DNA of 64,000 bases from positions 64,001-128,000 of the forward strand of contig CAWEXO010000002.1 of NCBI GenBank assembly GCA_963813025.1. The letters run 5' to 3'. A program made the position numbers and the translations under genes. Below are positions 43,694 through 52,959 of the stretch, one piece after another; position 1 is the first letter of the stretch, and each line of letters opens with the position of its first letter. The DNA is from an uncultured Verrucomicrobiae bacterium (lineage in GTDB: Bacteria; Verrucomicrobiota; Verrucomicrobiia; Chthoniobacterales; JAFAMB01). The notes below the pieces were generated by a model that saw nothing but the letters and a program-made list of their open reading frames with translations, did no database searches and was not told the origin of the DNA.

Positions 43694-45232
43694 CTAAAAC
43701 CCTCCCCAAGCCCGGCCGTCCCGCCGGAGCAACTCCTCTCCTTCTTCCGGTCCCCAACTGCCGGCGGGATAGAAACACAACGGTGGTTGCTCCCCGTCGT
43801 TATGCCAGGCTTCCTCGATGCTATCAACAAATCGCCAGGCTTCCTCGACTTCGTCGCGTCGGGCAAAAAGCGTGGCATCACCTGCCATCGCATCGAGCAG
43901 TAGCCGTTCGTAAGCCTCCGGACTCGCCTTGCCAAAAGATGTCCCATATTGAAAGTCCATTTTCACCGGTTGAATCCGGACGCTGGCACCCGGAGCTTTG
44001 GATTGCATTCGAAGCGACACTCCTTCGTCCGGTTGAATTCGGATCAGCAAAACGTTCTGCGACTTCACGCTCTGCCCGGTCGGCTCCGACCGATTAAAAA
44101 GCACGCCGGGCGGATTTTTGAAATGAATGCCGATCTCCGTGGCTGTTTTCGGCAATCGTTTACCGACCCGGACGTAGAACGGCACATCGGCCCACCGCCA
44201 GTTATCGATCAAAAGCCGCAGTGCGACATAAGTCTCGGTCGCCGATCCCGGCCGCACATTTTTTTCGTCGCGATAGCCCAGGACAGGCTTGCCGTTGATC
44301 GAACCGGCCGAGTACTGACCGCGCACGACGTCCCGGCCAACCGCCGACCCCCGGAGGCGGCGCAGCGAACGCAGCACCTTGACCTTTTCGTCTCGAATAG
44401 AGTCGGCGCTGAGATCAGTGGGCGGTTCCATCGCCACCAGACAGAGCAATTGCAGCAGGTGATTCTGGACCATATCCCGCAAAGCACCCGCCCCTTCGTA
44501 GTAACCAGCCCGACTCTCGACCCCCAGTTGTTCGCTCGCCGTAATCTCAACATGGTCGATATAACGTTGGTTCCAGAGGTGCTCAAAAATGGAGTTGGCG
44601 AAGCGCAACACCATGATGTTCTGGGCCGTTTCCTTGCCGAGATAGTGGTCGATCCGGAAAGTAGATGCTTCACTGAAGACGTCGTGCAGCACGGCATTCA
44701 GATGCTGCGCGGTCGGCAGATCGATACCGAAGGGTTTCTCGACGATGATTCGCGACCAGGCACCCTCCCGGCGGCGATTCAATCCGGATTCCTTAATGTG
44801 ATACAGAATCGGCTCGAACTGGTCCGGACCCGCGGATAGGTAGAAAAGACGGTTACCTCGCGTCGTCCCCTCGGCATCAAGCGTTTCGAGCCGGTCCGCG
44901 AGGCGACGATACCCATCTTGATCAGAGAACTCGCTTCGGTGATAATAAATACTCTTGCCGAACTCCCGCCACAGATCGTCATTGATCTCTTGCCGGGAGA
45001 ATCGACCGGCAGCCTCCTGCAGTTCTTGACGAAACACGCTATCATCCTTGTCCCGCCGGGCAAATCCCACCACGGATAAACCTGATGGCAAATCGCCATC
45101 AGCGCGCAGATTGTAGAGTGCCGGAATCAGTTTTCGATGAGTCAAGTCCCCGGTCGCGCCAAAGATAACGATCGAACACGGTTCCGGGATCGCCCGAGGC
45201 GCAAAACTTTCCTGTACGATTTTTTCGGTCAT
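43694..45232 (-). CDS. zwf: Glucose-6-phosphate 1-dehydrogenase
   Basis: IFGATGDL, VEKPFG, RIDHYLGKE, RDMVQNH. Confidence 0.97.
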   Translation of the reverse strand: MTEKIVQESFAPRAIPEPCSIVIFGATGDLTHRKLIPALYNLRADGDLPSGLSVVGFARRDKDDSVFRQELQEAAGRFSRQEINDDLWREFGKSIYYHRSEFSDQDGYRRLADRLETLDAEGTTRGNRLFYLSAGPDQFEPILYHIKESGLNRRREGAWSRIIVEKPFGIDLPTAQHLNAVLHDVFSEASTFRIDHYLGKETAQNIMVLRFANSIFEHLWNQRYIDHVEITASEQLGVESRAGYYEGAGALRDMVQNHLLQLLCLVAMEPPTDLSADSIRDEKVKVLRSLRRLRGSAVGRDVVRGQYSAGSINGKPVLGYRDEKNVRPGSATETYVALRLLIDNWRWADVPFYVRVGKRLPKTATEIGIHFKNPPGVLFNRSEPTGQSVKSQNVLLIRIQPDEGVSLRMQSKAPGASVRIQPVKMDFQYGTSFGKASPEAYERLLLDAMAGDATLFARRDEVEEAWRFVDSIEEAWHNDGEQPPLCFYPAGSWGPEEGEELLRRDGRAWGGF

Positions 45233-45290
45233 AGTATCCCTGTTTGAGCAGTCACTCGGCTATTGCACGACGGCGCCCGTAAGACAAGTA

Positions 45291-45522
45291 GCGAGTCCCG
45301 AGCAGTGAGTCCCAAGTCCCGAGTCCCGGGTTGCGGGATCCCGAGTTGGGAGTGGCGAGTAGCCGGCACGAGACAGGACCCATCCGAGGAGCCCAAGTTC
45401 GCGGCGGTACCGCTGAGAAGTGAGATCGATATCTCTCTGATGGAATGAGTGCTGAGAGCCAACTCGGAATCTATCCGCTCGAAACTCGGGACCCGCAACC
45501 CGGGACTCGCTACTCGGGACTC
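45291..45522. repeat. GAGTCCC/GGGACTC heptamer inverted doublet
   Basis: Tandem gagtccc units at 45293-45345 and gggactc units at 45484-45522. Confidence 0.75.
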
Positions 45523-45997
45523 ACTTTACGTAAATCGCGTAAAAGCCGTGGAATATCCCAATTTTTCCATTTCCCGGGTTATCAACCACATAAACCCCTT
45601 CCGGTGTGGCCAGCGCCCGGGTTCTGACGTCAAAGATCAACAGTAATTGCGTCGAAACATCATTACCGGTCATTGCGTGAGGATCGCTTCCATAGACAGA
45701 AGTGGCTTGGGCGGTCCCCTTTGTCAGGCGATTGAGCACCACCGGCACGTCAGCCACGCTCACTTCCCTCGCTTTTACCGCCACAAATGGAGTCTGGTCC
45801 AGGAGTGTACGAGTAGCCGGACGTAACCGGCTGAGAAAGGCCTGGAACCGCGTTGTCGCCATGGCGACCTCCCACGGCTGAGGATCGCCGAGGGCAATCG
45901 AATAGTCGATGTACCCGGCGCGGACCGCCGGTGTCGTGCCTAAGATCAGGATAAAAACGGCTAGCAGAAACGATGGGGCATTCGTTGGTCGTCGCAT
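45521..45997 (-). CDS. Secreted hypothetical protein, paralog of 46187-46717
   Basis: Signal peptide ending AVRA; shares IFD...AT.EG..V...P..GKIG.F.G..A.Y with the neighbour. Confidence 0.7.
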   Translation of the reverse strand: MRRPTNAPSFLLAVFILILGTTPAVRAGYIDYSIALGDPQPWEVAMATTRFQAFLSRLRPATRTLLDQTPFVAVKAREVSVADVPVVLNRLTKGTAQATSVYGSDPHAMTGNDVSTQLLLIFDVRTRALATPEGVYVVDNPGNGKIGIFHGFYAIYVK

Positions 45998-46186
45998 TGA
46001 GGAAGATGCATTAATTAGCGCGACGCGTCCCGAGTTGCTAGTCCCTAGTCCCGAGTGGCGAGATAAGCCCATGTGCAAGTATTACGTTCGTTGAGCAGTG
46101 AAATCACTCTGATTGCAAAAGTCGATGTTCAGCTCCGACCCGCAACCTGATTTGCCGCTCGCCACTCGGGACTCGCCACTAACTTC

Positions 46187-46717
46187 TCACCCTCGGCCGA
46201 TATATACCGCCGAATAACCACCAAACATCCCAATCTTGCCTTTCAGCGGGGTGGACATTACGACGAAGCCTTCATTTGTGGCTGGACGGCCAGTGGCAGC
46301 GTCAAAAATCATGACAAATTTCACGATCATCGCCGTGCGGTTAGTAACATCGCTCGTGTTTACGGTAATCAGGGTCCTCGTATTGGCCATCCCCATTCGT
46401 TGCACGAGTCCTGGCACTTCGTTGGCCGGCAATTCCGTTGATTCGACCGCCAGGTACTGGGCAGGCAAAGCCCCGCCCGCGCGGCGATGTTTGGCCAGGA
46501 AACGGTCCACGCGTGCCTGCGCATTAGCGGCTTCCGCCGGATACGGCTGGCCAACCGCAACGGCGTACTCGGTATAGTCCGCTGTTCGGTTTGCGGCGCA
46601 GCCAACGACAAGAATAAGCAAGGGGAAGCCGAAGAGCAGTCGGCGGATCGGGAGAGGAAAGAAAAAAGCGAACGTATTCAAGGGCGGTTGGTTTCCAGTG
46701 TTAGTGCCAGTTCTCAT
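46187..46717 (-). CDS. Hypothetical lipoprotein, paralog of 45521-45997
   Basis: Lipobox-like LVVGC; same C-terminal motif as the neighbour; true start uncertain. Confidence 0.7.
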   Translation of the reverse strand: MRTGTNTGNQPPLNTFAFFFPLPIRRLLFGFPLLILVVGCAANRTADYTEYAVAVGQPYPAEAANAQARVDRFLAKHRRAGGALPAQYLAVESTELPANEVPGLVQRMGMANTRTLITVNTSDVTNRTAMIVKFVMIFDAATGRPATNEGFVVMSTPLKGKIGMFGGYSAVYIGRG

Positions 46718-46744
46718 CCCTCGGCCACAAGATCAAAAGAAAAA

Positions 46745-46915
46745 TCTGCGCTGCCGGGAGAGCTTCGTGTGTGGGCCACGCCATGGCATAAGGAACGGGC
46801 TCTCCCTGCCCAGTGTGCGCTGCTTGAGCTCCCGTTTGAGCGCGTGATCGTCTCCCACAGCACGCCAGAGCACGATAGAGTCGCCTACGAACGGCGCTTG
46901 AGCTTCCGCCCTGGA
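46745..46915 (+). pseudogene. Gene fragment, possible MBL-fold C-terminus
   Basis: GELRVWATPWH...LLELPFERVIVSH reads protein-like but has no start. Confidence 0.3.
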
Positions 46916-46927
46916 TGCCCGAAGAAG

Positions 46928-46974
46928 TAGGGTCGCGCCTAAACGTTCATTCAAAGTTTAGGCGGCGACCCTAC
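46928..46974. repeat. GTAG-type REP-like hairpin
   Basis: gtagggtcgcgcctaaac ... gtttaggcggcgaccctac. Confidence 0.65.
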
Positions 46975-46979
46975 GACGG

Positions 46980-49043
46980 ATGAGAACTGTCTTTTACTTG
47001 GTGCCCGCCGGTCGATCGGCCGGCCTAACGACGGTCGCGCTCGGGTTGGTGCAGGCACTCGATCGGCGCGGCATTCGCGTCGGATTTTACAAACCGATCA
47101 ATGAAAACCCGGAACTGCCGGAGCGTTCGGTTCATTTTCTGCGTTCGACAACTCATCTTTCACCCGAGGACCCGGTACCTCTCACCGATGCTTCCCGGCT
47201 GCTCGCGCAGGGCCGGCTCGACGAACTGTTGGGTCGGGTTCTCGAAGGATTTAATCGTTCGACCCCTGATCGAGGTCTCGTGATCACCGAGGGATTAACG
47301 GCTTCAGCAGATGATTCCTTTCGCGGATTGCTCAATCAGGAACTTATCAGAGCCCTCGACGGGCAAGTGATTCTGGTGGCGAGCGTGGAGGGCCGAACCA
47401 GTGGCGACCTTGAGGACCAAATCGAGTCAGCCCGAAAGCTCTATGGAGAAAGCCGCGTCAGCGGTATCATCTTCAATCGAGCTGCGCCGCAAGGTGCGGA
47501 GCCGGGCATTCCGCCAAAGTTGACGAGCTTCCTCACCAAGACGCGGATCAAAGTTATCGGAGTAATTCCGGCGAACCGCAATCTCACCTATTGCCGCGCG
47601 CTTGATGTCCAGCGTCATCTCCGGGCGGATATTCTCCACGCCGGTGAAATGGAGCTACGCCGGGTAAAATCCACCTGGTTGCTAGCCCGTACGGTGCCCA
47701 ACATGCTGCACACCTTCGTCGGAGGCGCTTTGTTGATAACCCCCGCCGATCGGAGTGACGTGATTGTGGCGGTCTCCATGGCGGCGCTCAGCAGGGTACC
47801 CTTAGCCGGTCTGGTTTTGACGGGCGATACGAAGCCGGAGCAACGAATTCTGGATTTCTGTTCCGCCGGTTTTGAGACAGGTCTGCCGGTCTTTCGCGTT
47901 AGCAGCGACAGCTATGACAGCGCGAAGGCGCTATACCAGCTCAGCCCTGAGGTGCCTCTGGATGATCTTGAGCGCATCCGGGCTGGCATGGACCACGTTG
48001 CGCAGAAGGTCGACGTCGATTGGCTAATCGCGCATTCGCAAACAGTAACCGCCATCCGGCTTTCTCCGGCAGCTTTTCTCTATCAATTGACCGAACGGGC
48101 CCGGGCTGCCAAAAAGACGATCGTGCTTCCGGAGGGCAGCGAGCCTCGGACCATCAAAGCGGCATCAATCTGCGCGGAACGCAAGATCGCGCGCTGCATT
48201 CTCTTGGGTGAACGCAAGGAGATCGAGCAAGCGGCTCGCAGTCAGGATGTAACGTTGGGCGATCAAGTGGAAATTATCGATCCGGCGTCCGTCAGGGCGA
48301 ACTATGTTTCCACCCTTTATGAGCTCAGGAAAAGCAAAGGGCTTTCGCCGGAGATGGCTGCGAGCCAGCTCGAAGATAATGTCATGCTGGGCACCGTGAT
48401 GCTCGCTCGCGACGAGGTCGACGGCTTGGTCTCTGGGGCAATTCATTCAACAGCGAATACGATTCGGCCAGCGCTGCAAATCATCAGGACCCGCCCGCAG
48501 GCGCGCGTCGTTTCCTCAGTGTTTTTCATGTGCCTGCCCGAACAAATTCTGGTCTATGGGGATTGCGCCGTCATACCGGATCCTAGCGCCGAGACGCTGG
48601 CGGACATCGGGATCCAAAGTGCTGATTCCGCCGTTGCCTTCGGCATCGAACCCCGCGTGGCTTTTATCAGTTATTCAACCGGAGAGTCGGGGTCTGGAGT
48701 TGACGTCGACAAGGTCAGGAAGGCAACCCAGATCACGCGAGAAAAGCGCCCTGATCTCTTGGTCGATGGCCCGTTGCAATACGATGCCGCTTTCATGCCG
48801 GAGATCGCCCGCGCGAAGGCTCCCGACAGCGCGGTTGCCGGCCGCGCCACCGTGTACGTTTTCCCCGATCTGAACACCGGCAATACTACGTACAAAGCCG
48901 TCCAACGAAGCGCCAACGTCATCAGTATCGGGCCGATGTTGCAGGGGTTGAAAAAGCCGGTCAACGATCTCTCGCGGGGTGCCTTGGTGGAGGACATTGT
49001 CTACACCATCGCGCTGACCGCAGTGCAGGCGACGCAAGGATAG
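46980..49043 (+). CDS. pta: Phosphate acetyltransferase (long form with AAA/DRTGG domains)
   Basis: GFYKPI, TPADRSD, IVLPEG, DGPLQYDAA, FPDLNTGNTTYKAVQR, PVNDLSRG. Confidence 0.95.
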   Translation: MRTVFYLVPAGRSAGLTTVALGLVQALDRRGIRVGFYKPINENPELPERSVHFLRSTTHLSPEDPVPLTDASRLLAQGRLDELLGRVLEGFNRSTPDRGLVITEGLTASADDSFRGLLNQELIRALDGQVILVASVEGRTSGDLEDQIESARKLYGESRVSGIIFNRAAPQGAEPGIPPKLTSFLTKTRIKVIGVIPANRNLTYCRALDVQRHLRADILHAGEMELRRVKSTWLLARTVPNMLHTFVGGALLITPADRSDVIVAVSMAALSRVPLAGLVLTGDTKPEQRILDFCSAGFETGLPVFRVSSDSYDSAKALYQLSPEVPLDDLERIRAGMDHVAQKVDVDWLIAHSQTVTAIRLSPAAFLYQLTERARAAKKTIVLPEGSEPRTIKAASICAERKIARCILLGERKEIEQAARSQDVTLGDQVEIIDPASVRANYVSTLYELRKSKGLSPEMAASQLEDNVMLGTVMLARDEVDGLVSGAIHSTANTIRPALQIIRTRPQARVVSSVFFMCLPEQILVYGDCAVIPDPSAETLADIGIQSADSAVAFGIEPRVAFISYSTGESGSGVDVDKVRKATQITREKRPDLLVDGPLQYDAAFMPEIARAKAPDSAVAGRATVYVFPDLNTGNTTYKAVQRSANVISIGPMLQGLKKPVNDLSRGALVEDIVYTIALTAVQATQG

Positions 49044-49125
49044 AAAGGGGTCGCGGACCAGAGGGATGTGTCGAGACAAGCTCTGAATACTCGCCGGAAC
49101 GCGATCGGCGGCAATTTCATCTGGG

Positions 49126-49386
49126 TTACTCCCCGGTCTGCAAAGCGGCGACGCGATGACCGGCATCAAGCGCTTTGCAATAACGGACGATCATCCAGAG
49201 AAGGCCGCCCAGGATGGACGCGACCATCGCCAGCATAAAAAGCACGCTCAGAGAGAACCCGGCCGAGATGCCACCGACTCCGGAAGCGCCATTGACACTG
49301 GAGGGCTCTTTGCAACCCTCGCAAGCGATCACAGACGAAGCCGATGTGAGAAAATACAAGACCGTGAATGGCAATAGACGGCCCAT
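49126..49386 (-). CDS. Small membrane protein with a CxxC motif, oxidase-cluster associated
   Basis: Signal-like N-terminus, ACEGCK, then one TM helix; last gene of the cluster. Confidence 0.6.
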   Translation of the reverse strand: MGRLLPFTVLYFLTSASSVIACEGCKEPSSVNGASGVGGISAGFSLSVLFMLAMVASILGGLLWMIVRYCKALDAGHRVAALQTGE

Positions 49387-49402
49387 TAGAAAAACTAATT
49401 AC

Positions 49403-50023
49403 CTACTTTTGTCCGCCACGCAAGAGGCTTCCCAGCTCAGTCAGCAGTTGCGCAACCACCTCGTCTCCGCGCCCATCGTAATTGCCGCGGACCCGGCCCT
49501 TCCCGTCAATCAGAACGAAACGCGTGAGTGCGCCGGGCGAGGAGCCAGATCGGTCATTTACCGGGTTCGCGGATAGATCGGTGATCAGCGCATCGACGCC
49601 GGCCTTCTCTCCCGTCACGAAAAGCCAGCGTGGCGAGGCTTCGAAACTTGCCCGGTATTGTCTCAGCCTGTCCAGCGCCACGCCGTTGGAATCAGACACG
49701 ATCGAAACCAGCCGCAATCGAGCGCTTTTTTTGAAATTGCTGTCGAGCTCAGCAAAGCGGCCCATGAGCAGAGCCGAGCCGGCTCGATTCTCCCACGAAA
49801 CAACATTTACGACCCAGATTTTGCCGCGCATCGTACCCAGGGTTAAGCGATGGGAGTCCTGGTCAATCAGCGAGAAATCCCTCAATGGCTTGATAACTGG
49901 CAGGGAAATAGCACCGCTCTGCTCCGAAGATTTCCAGGATCGATAAGTAAAAAACGCGGCAAGAGCGAACAAGGCCGCGCCCAGCAACAGCAGTTGCTGA
50001 CTTCGCTGACGCGTCGGGCTCAC
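49403..50023 (-). CDS. SCO/SenC-like protein lacking the CxxxC motif
   Basis: DFSLIDQD, GKIWVV, WLFVTGE, RFVLIDGKGRVRGNYDG; no Cys in the protein. Confidence 0.7.
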   Translation of the reverse strand: MSPTRQRSQQLLLLGAALFALAAFFTYRSWKSSEQSGAISLPVIKPLRDFSLIDQDSHRLTLGTMRGKIWVVNVVSWENRAGSALLMGRFAELDSNFKKSARLRLVSIVSDSNGVALDRLRQYRASFEASPRWLFVTGEKAGVDALITDLSANPVNDRSGSSPGALTRFVLIDGKGRVRGNYDGRGDEVVAQLLTELGSLLRGGQK

Positions 50024-50044
50024 GAGAGAGGCTTGAAAAGGCGC

Positions 50045-50255
50045 GTGGGCGAGACGGCGAAAAAGCGAGAGGGCGAGAGGGCCAATCGGCGAAATGGCGA
50101 ATCGGCGAATGAGCGAATGGGCGAATCGGCAACTAGAGTTGGGCTTGGCATCGCCTCCAAGCTGTCTGGGTGTGCAGTTCGGATTATGTCGAGCACTCGA
50201 CTAGCGTCCTTTTTATCGCCCTTTCCCCGTTCGCCCTTTGGCCCGTTCGCTCCAT
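50045..50255. repeat. GGCGAA-core octamer tandem repeats with an inverted partner
   Basis: ggcgaga/ggcgaaa/ggcgaat units at 50047-50131 and tcgccc units at 50216-50250. Confidence 0.65.
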
Positions 50256-50256
50256 C

Positions 50257-50868
50257 CTACAGAATATAAAGAATGGTAAAGAGGAATACCCAGACGATAT
50301 CGACAAAGTGCCAGTAAAGTCCGGTGCATTCCAAAAAAGAGTGTCGCTCGGGGGTGATGCCGCCGGTGAAGCTCTTGAAGAGCGACGTAAGGAGGAGAAT
50401 CACCCCGATGAAAACGTGCATTCCATGAAAGCCCGTCAGCACGAAGAAGCTGGAACCCATGATCCCGGCAGTATTAAACCAGAAACCTTCGTGATGCAGA
50501 TTGATCCACTCGGTCGCCTGGTTCAGCAAGAAAAGGCTTCCAAGAACGATCGTAAAAAAAAGCAGACGTTTTCCACCTTTGCGCCCTTTGATGAGTCGGC
50601 TTTCACTGAAATGCAGGGTGAAACTGCTGCTGAGCAAAAGGCAGGTCGCAATGAAAGTCTTGATCATCGTCGGCCCGGACTTCAAAGCATCAGGCATCTG
50701 CCAACCCGTCCCGGCACCGGAGCGCAGCACGATATAGCCGCCGATCAGGCCCGCGAAAAGCATCGCTTCGGATGCGAGAAAGGTCAGCATGCCGAAGCGC
50801 ACAATATTCGGGCGCGCTCCAGGTAGAGGTTGCGCTAGTTCTTCAGCAGTGAGAGCGGGTGCGTGCAT
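50257..50868 (-). CDS. ctaE: Cytochrome c oxidase subunit III
   Basis: FLASEAMLF, LTGFHGMHV, LYWHFVDIVW. Confidence 0.92.
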   Translation of the reverse strand: MHAPALTAEELAQPLPGARPNIVRFGMLTFLASEAMLFAGLIGGYIVLRSGAGTGWQMPDALKSGPTMIKTFIATCLLLSSSFTLHFSESRLIKGRKGGKRLLFFTIVLGSLFLLNQATEWINLHHEGFWFNTAGIMGSSFFVLTGFHGMHVFIGVILLLTSLFKSFTGGITPERHSFLECTGLYWHFVDIVWVFLFTILYIL

Positions 50869-50870
50869 AG

Positions 50871-50987
50871 TCAGGGATTATGATAGATCGAAAGTTTCCA
50901 GAGAATCACCGCGAGGGCGAGACTCACCGCAAAAACGACAATGGCGATCAGCATGCGTTGGTTCTTCTTTCGGAGTCGTTCATCCAT
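50871..50987 (-). CDS. 38-aa single-TM protein between ctaB and ctaE
   Basis: MDERLRKKNQRMLIAIVVFAVSLALAVILWKLSIYHNP; start overlaps the ctaB stop and the stop is 2 nt before ctaE. Confidence 0.6.
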   Translation of the reverse strand: MDERLRKKNQRMLIAIVVFAVSLALAVILWKLSIYHNP

Positions 50988-51898
50988 TAGAGTCGCGTAA
51001 AAACCATTCCGGCCAAGGTGATCGGCAGATAAATAATTGAGGCCAGGAACAGGCGGCGCGCTGTGCGCTCGGTTCCGGTCCGCGCAAATCGAAAAGCCGT
51101 CCACAGAAAATAGCCTCCGGTAACCAGCGCGATTGGCAAATAAGCGACCGTAGTGAGTCGCAGGGTGACGGGGAGCAGACTGATGCAAAACAGCGCCATC
51201 GTATAGAGTAATGCCTGTCGTCCGGTGACAGAGCAATCCCCGTCCGCTCCACTCAACATGACGAATCCAGCATTCTTGTAATCTTCCCGACAAATCCACG
51301 AAATCGCGAGGAAATGTGGCATTTGCCAGAAAAACAGGATCGCGAACAATACCCAGCTCTCGAAGTTTGCTTCTCCGCGCGCGGAGGCCCAGCCAATCAC
51401 CGGTGGCAACGCGCCGGGCACAGCTCCCACGATCGTGTTGAGCGTTGTTACCCGCTTCAGAGGGGTGTACGCAAAGACGTAAGTGACTACCGTAATGGCC
51501 GTCAGCATGCCGGTTAAAAGGTTTGTCGCGACGGTGAGATAGACAATACCGCAAGCCGAGAGTCCAATTCCGATGGCCAGCCCCTCATCAACGCTCATCC
51601 GCTGCGCAGGTAACGGCCGATCGCGGGTGCGGCGCATTCGGGCATCGAGATCGACCTCAAATACTTCGTTGAGGGCAGCCGCGCCGGCCGCGGCCAGAGC
51701 GGTTCCAAACAAGGTATGAAAGAGGTACAACCAATTCATCGGCCCGTGCCAGCCGAAAAGAAAGCCGAGCAGCGTCGTAATCAAAACGAGCAAGGTTAGT
51801 CGAGCCTTGACCAGCTCTCCAAAGTCGGACAGGAGGTGCCGATGTTGGGAGGGGGGAGCCACTAAAGCAGCCGGTGTTTTATCAGAGAGGATGTTCAT
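50987..51898 (-). CDS. ctaB: Heme O synthase (protoheme IX farnesyltransferase)
   Basis: DARMRRTRDRPLP, YTPLKR, GALPPVIGW, FFWQMPHF. Confidence 0.95.
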   Translation of the reverse strand: MNILSDKTPAALVAPPSQHRHLLSDFGELVKARLTLLVLITTLLGFLFGWHGPMNWLYLFHTLFGTALAAAGAAALNEVFEVDLDARMRRTRDRPLPAQRMSVDEGLAIGIGLSACGIVYLTVATNLLTGMLTAITVVTYVFAYTPLKRVTTLNTIVGAVPGALPPVIGWASARGEANFESWVLFAILFFWQMPHFLAISWICREDYKNAGFVMLSGADGDCSVTGRQALLYTMALFCISLLPVTLRLTTVAYLPIALVTGGYFLWTAFRFARTGTERTARRLFLASIIYLPITLAGMVFTRL

Positions 51899-52941
51899 AC
51901 CCGGGCCGCCTCCTTCACGCCGAACAATCCCGGGCTCGGCCCGGCAATGCGCCTCCGTTCGACCGCGGCCGCGAGGCAGATGCTGAGTAAAACGCCGCAA
52001 ACGAGAATCAAGGAGCCGATGAAGACATGTGCAGTCGCGATATCGGCCGCCTTGTTACTGAGGATAGTCCATGCTCCCAGCACAGCCTGCACCACGACCA
52101 ATGCCGGCCAGACCAGGGCAAGTCTTCGCACGCTCACCGTCAGCCAGCTCTGGCGAAAGATGAAGGAAGCAACAACGGTAACTGCCAGGAAGATGAGCAG
52201 GGCCCAGCCCCGGTGCAGATACTGCAAATGAATCAGCCCGATGCTTGTCAGCGGCTCCGGCGGAACAGCAGCGGACCGAGCTTCATTGATCCGGGCCAGT
52301 ACCCCTTGATCAGCCGGCGGAAACCATTGGCCGTATGCGGTCGGGAAATCGTGAATGGAAAGTCCGGCATGCGAATGACGCATGGCCGCTCCGAGGATGA
52401 GCTGCAGGAAAATCATCCCAGTGGTGACGATCGTCCAGAACCGGAGCCGCGACGGACCTGACCCGACGGGCGCCGCCGGTAGGCGCTCCCAGCGCGATGA
52501 AGTGACCAACGCAATGCTCCACACCAGACAAAGATAAGCCTGCGCCAGACAACCGTGGAACAGCCCTAGAACAGCGCTGTGTTCGGTGACGCGCAATCCG
52601 CCTAGCACTCCCTGAACAATGACCAAGACAAGAGCCAGCCAACAAAGAGTTTTAACCCAGCGGCGCTGTTCGAAAATGAGCGCAACGACGCAGAGCAGGA
52701 TGGTCAGAACGCCGACCAGACTGGCGATCAGCCGGTGCGTGTGTTCGAACAACACGCCTCCCACCCAACGAGAGACCGGAAACAGAAACATGTTGTAGCC
52801 GAAGCTGTTGGGCCAATCGGGGACAGACATTCCAGCCTCATGACTCGTGACCAAGCCTCCGCTACAGATCAGAACCAGGATGCTGCCGGCGACCAGCACA
52901 GCAATACTGTTCACGATCCGTCTAGGGAAATTGGCGGGCAT
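51895..52941 (-). CDS. ctaA: Heme A synthase
   Basis: GGLVTSHEAGMSVPDWP, EHTHR, HGCLAQ, HR, ATAHV. Confidence 0.9.
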   Translation of the reverse strand: MPANFPRRIVNSIAVLVAGSILVLICSGGLVTSHEAGMSVPDWPNSFGYNMFLFPVSRWVGGVLFEHTHRLIASLVGVLTILLCVVALIFEQRRWVKTLCWLALVLVIVQGVLGGLRVTEHSAVLGLFHGCLAQAYLCLVWSIALVTSSRWERLPAAPVGSGPSRLRFWTIVTTGMIFLQLILGAAMRHSHAGLSIHDFPTAYGQWFPPADQGVLARINEARSAAVPPEPLTSIGLIHLQYLHRGWALLIFLAVTVVASFIFRQSWLTVSVRRLALVWPALVVVQAVLGAWTILSNKAADIATAHVFIGSLILVCGVLLSICLAAAVERRRIAGPSPGLFGVKEAARV

Positions 52942-52959
52942 CCTCGCGGCTAGCCTACA

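Noticed and set aside
45291..50255. Short tandem repeats as CRISPR arrays
   Set aside because: Units are 7-9 nt without regular unique spacers, and there are no cas genes in the window.
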